A stretch of 64,000 nucleotides of DNA. It comes from Alphaproteobacteria bacterium (GTDB lineage: Bacteria; Pseudomonadota; Alphaproteobacteria; SP197). Positions 63,879 to 64,000 of the stretch are shown here, piece after piece; the stretch's first letter is position 1; each line of letters starts with the position of its first letter. Below the pieces are notes generated by a model, which saw nothing but the letters and a program-made list of their open reading frames with translations, had not been told where the DNA came from and searched no databases. The stretch covers positions 4,736,001 through 4,800,000 of the forward strand of contig OZ245842.1 in assembly GCA_965228895.1 (NCBI GenBank), read 5' to 3'. Position numbers and translations under genes: made by a program.

Positions 63879-64000
63879 TGCAACCCGGCTCTTTCGACGA
63901 CATCCGCGCCCTGATGGCGGATTTGCCCCAACCCGACGCCGATGCCCTGGCCGACGCCGACGCGCGTGACGCGGTTCTGACCAAACCGCCGGGCGCGCTT
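63878..64000 (+). CDS. cobT: Nicotinate-nucleotide--dimethylbenzimidazole phosphoribosyltransferase (runs off the window end)
   Basis: MQPGSFDDIRALMADLP...ARDAVLTKPPGAL (LTKP.G.L motif), divergent from cobS. Confidence 0.8.
   Translation, partial: MQPGSFDDIRALMADLPQPDADALADADARDAVLTKPPGAL

Noticed and set aside
38063-64000. cob cluster as a recently acquired island or prophage
   Set aside because: Composition looks like the flanking core genes by eye; no integrase, transposase, tRNA att site or phage gene

Overview
A GC-rich chromosomal window from an alphaproteobacterium; gene order (dnaA-dnaN-recF-gyrB intact, zinc-ribbon gene divergent from ftsEX, TIGR02302 next to lysA) suggests a Rhodospirillales-like organism. 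It holds: lysA (partial), TIGR02302, a GNAT, a ZitP-like gene and ftsEX-ydcF-plsC; a B12-dependent class II ribonucleotide reductase (nrdJ) interrupted at its catalytic cysteine by a 376-aa LAGLIDADG intein; metXW, pheA-hisC-tyrA, ubiE-ubiB, coaBC-dut-moeB, mutM, rpsT, dnaA-dnaN-recF-gyrB and a PBP1A; and a ~26 kb cobalamin cluster (38-64 kb) with a cobalamin riboswitch. The cluster mixes early-insertion (cbiX, cbiD, cbiG) and late-insertion (cobN, cobW) genes and embeds unexplained genes: an RNase H/DUF429-like protein, two SYLF/Ysc84 paralogues, a BtuF-like protein with no signal peptide, and a degenerate cyclase-TPR protein. The most distinctive non-coding signal is two families of palindromic intergenic repeats. 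One is a GC-rich hairpin in three copies with compensatory base-pair changes; the other is a mostly CTAG-ended hairpin family that touches stop, start and RBS signals. One copy of the first sits inside CTAG-ended inverted repeats. No rRNA, tRNA, CRISPR array or transposase was seen. All family assignments come from motif recognition by eye; no database search was run.
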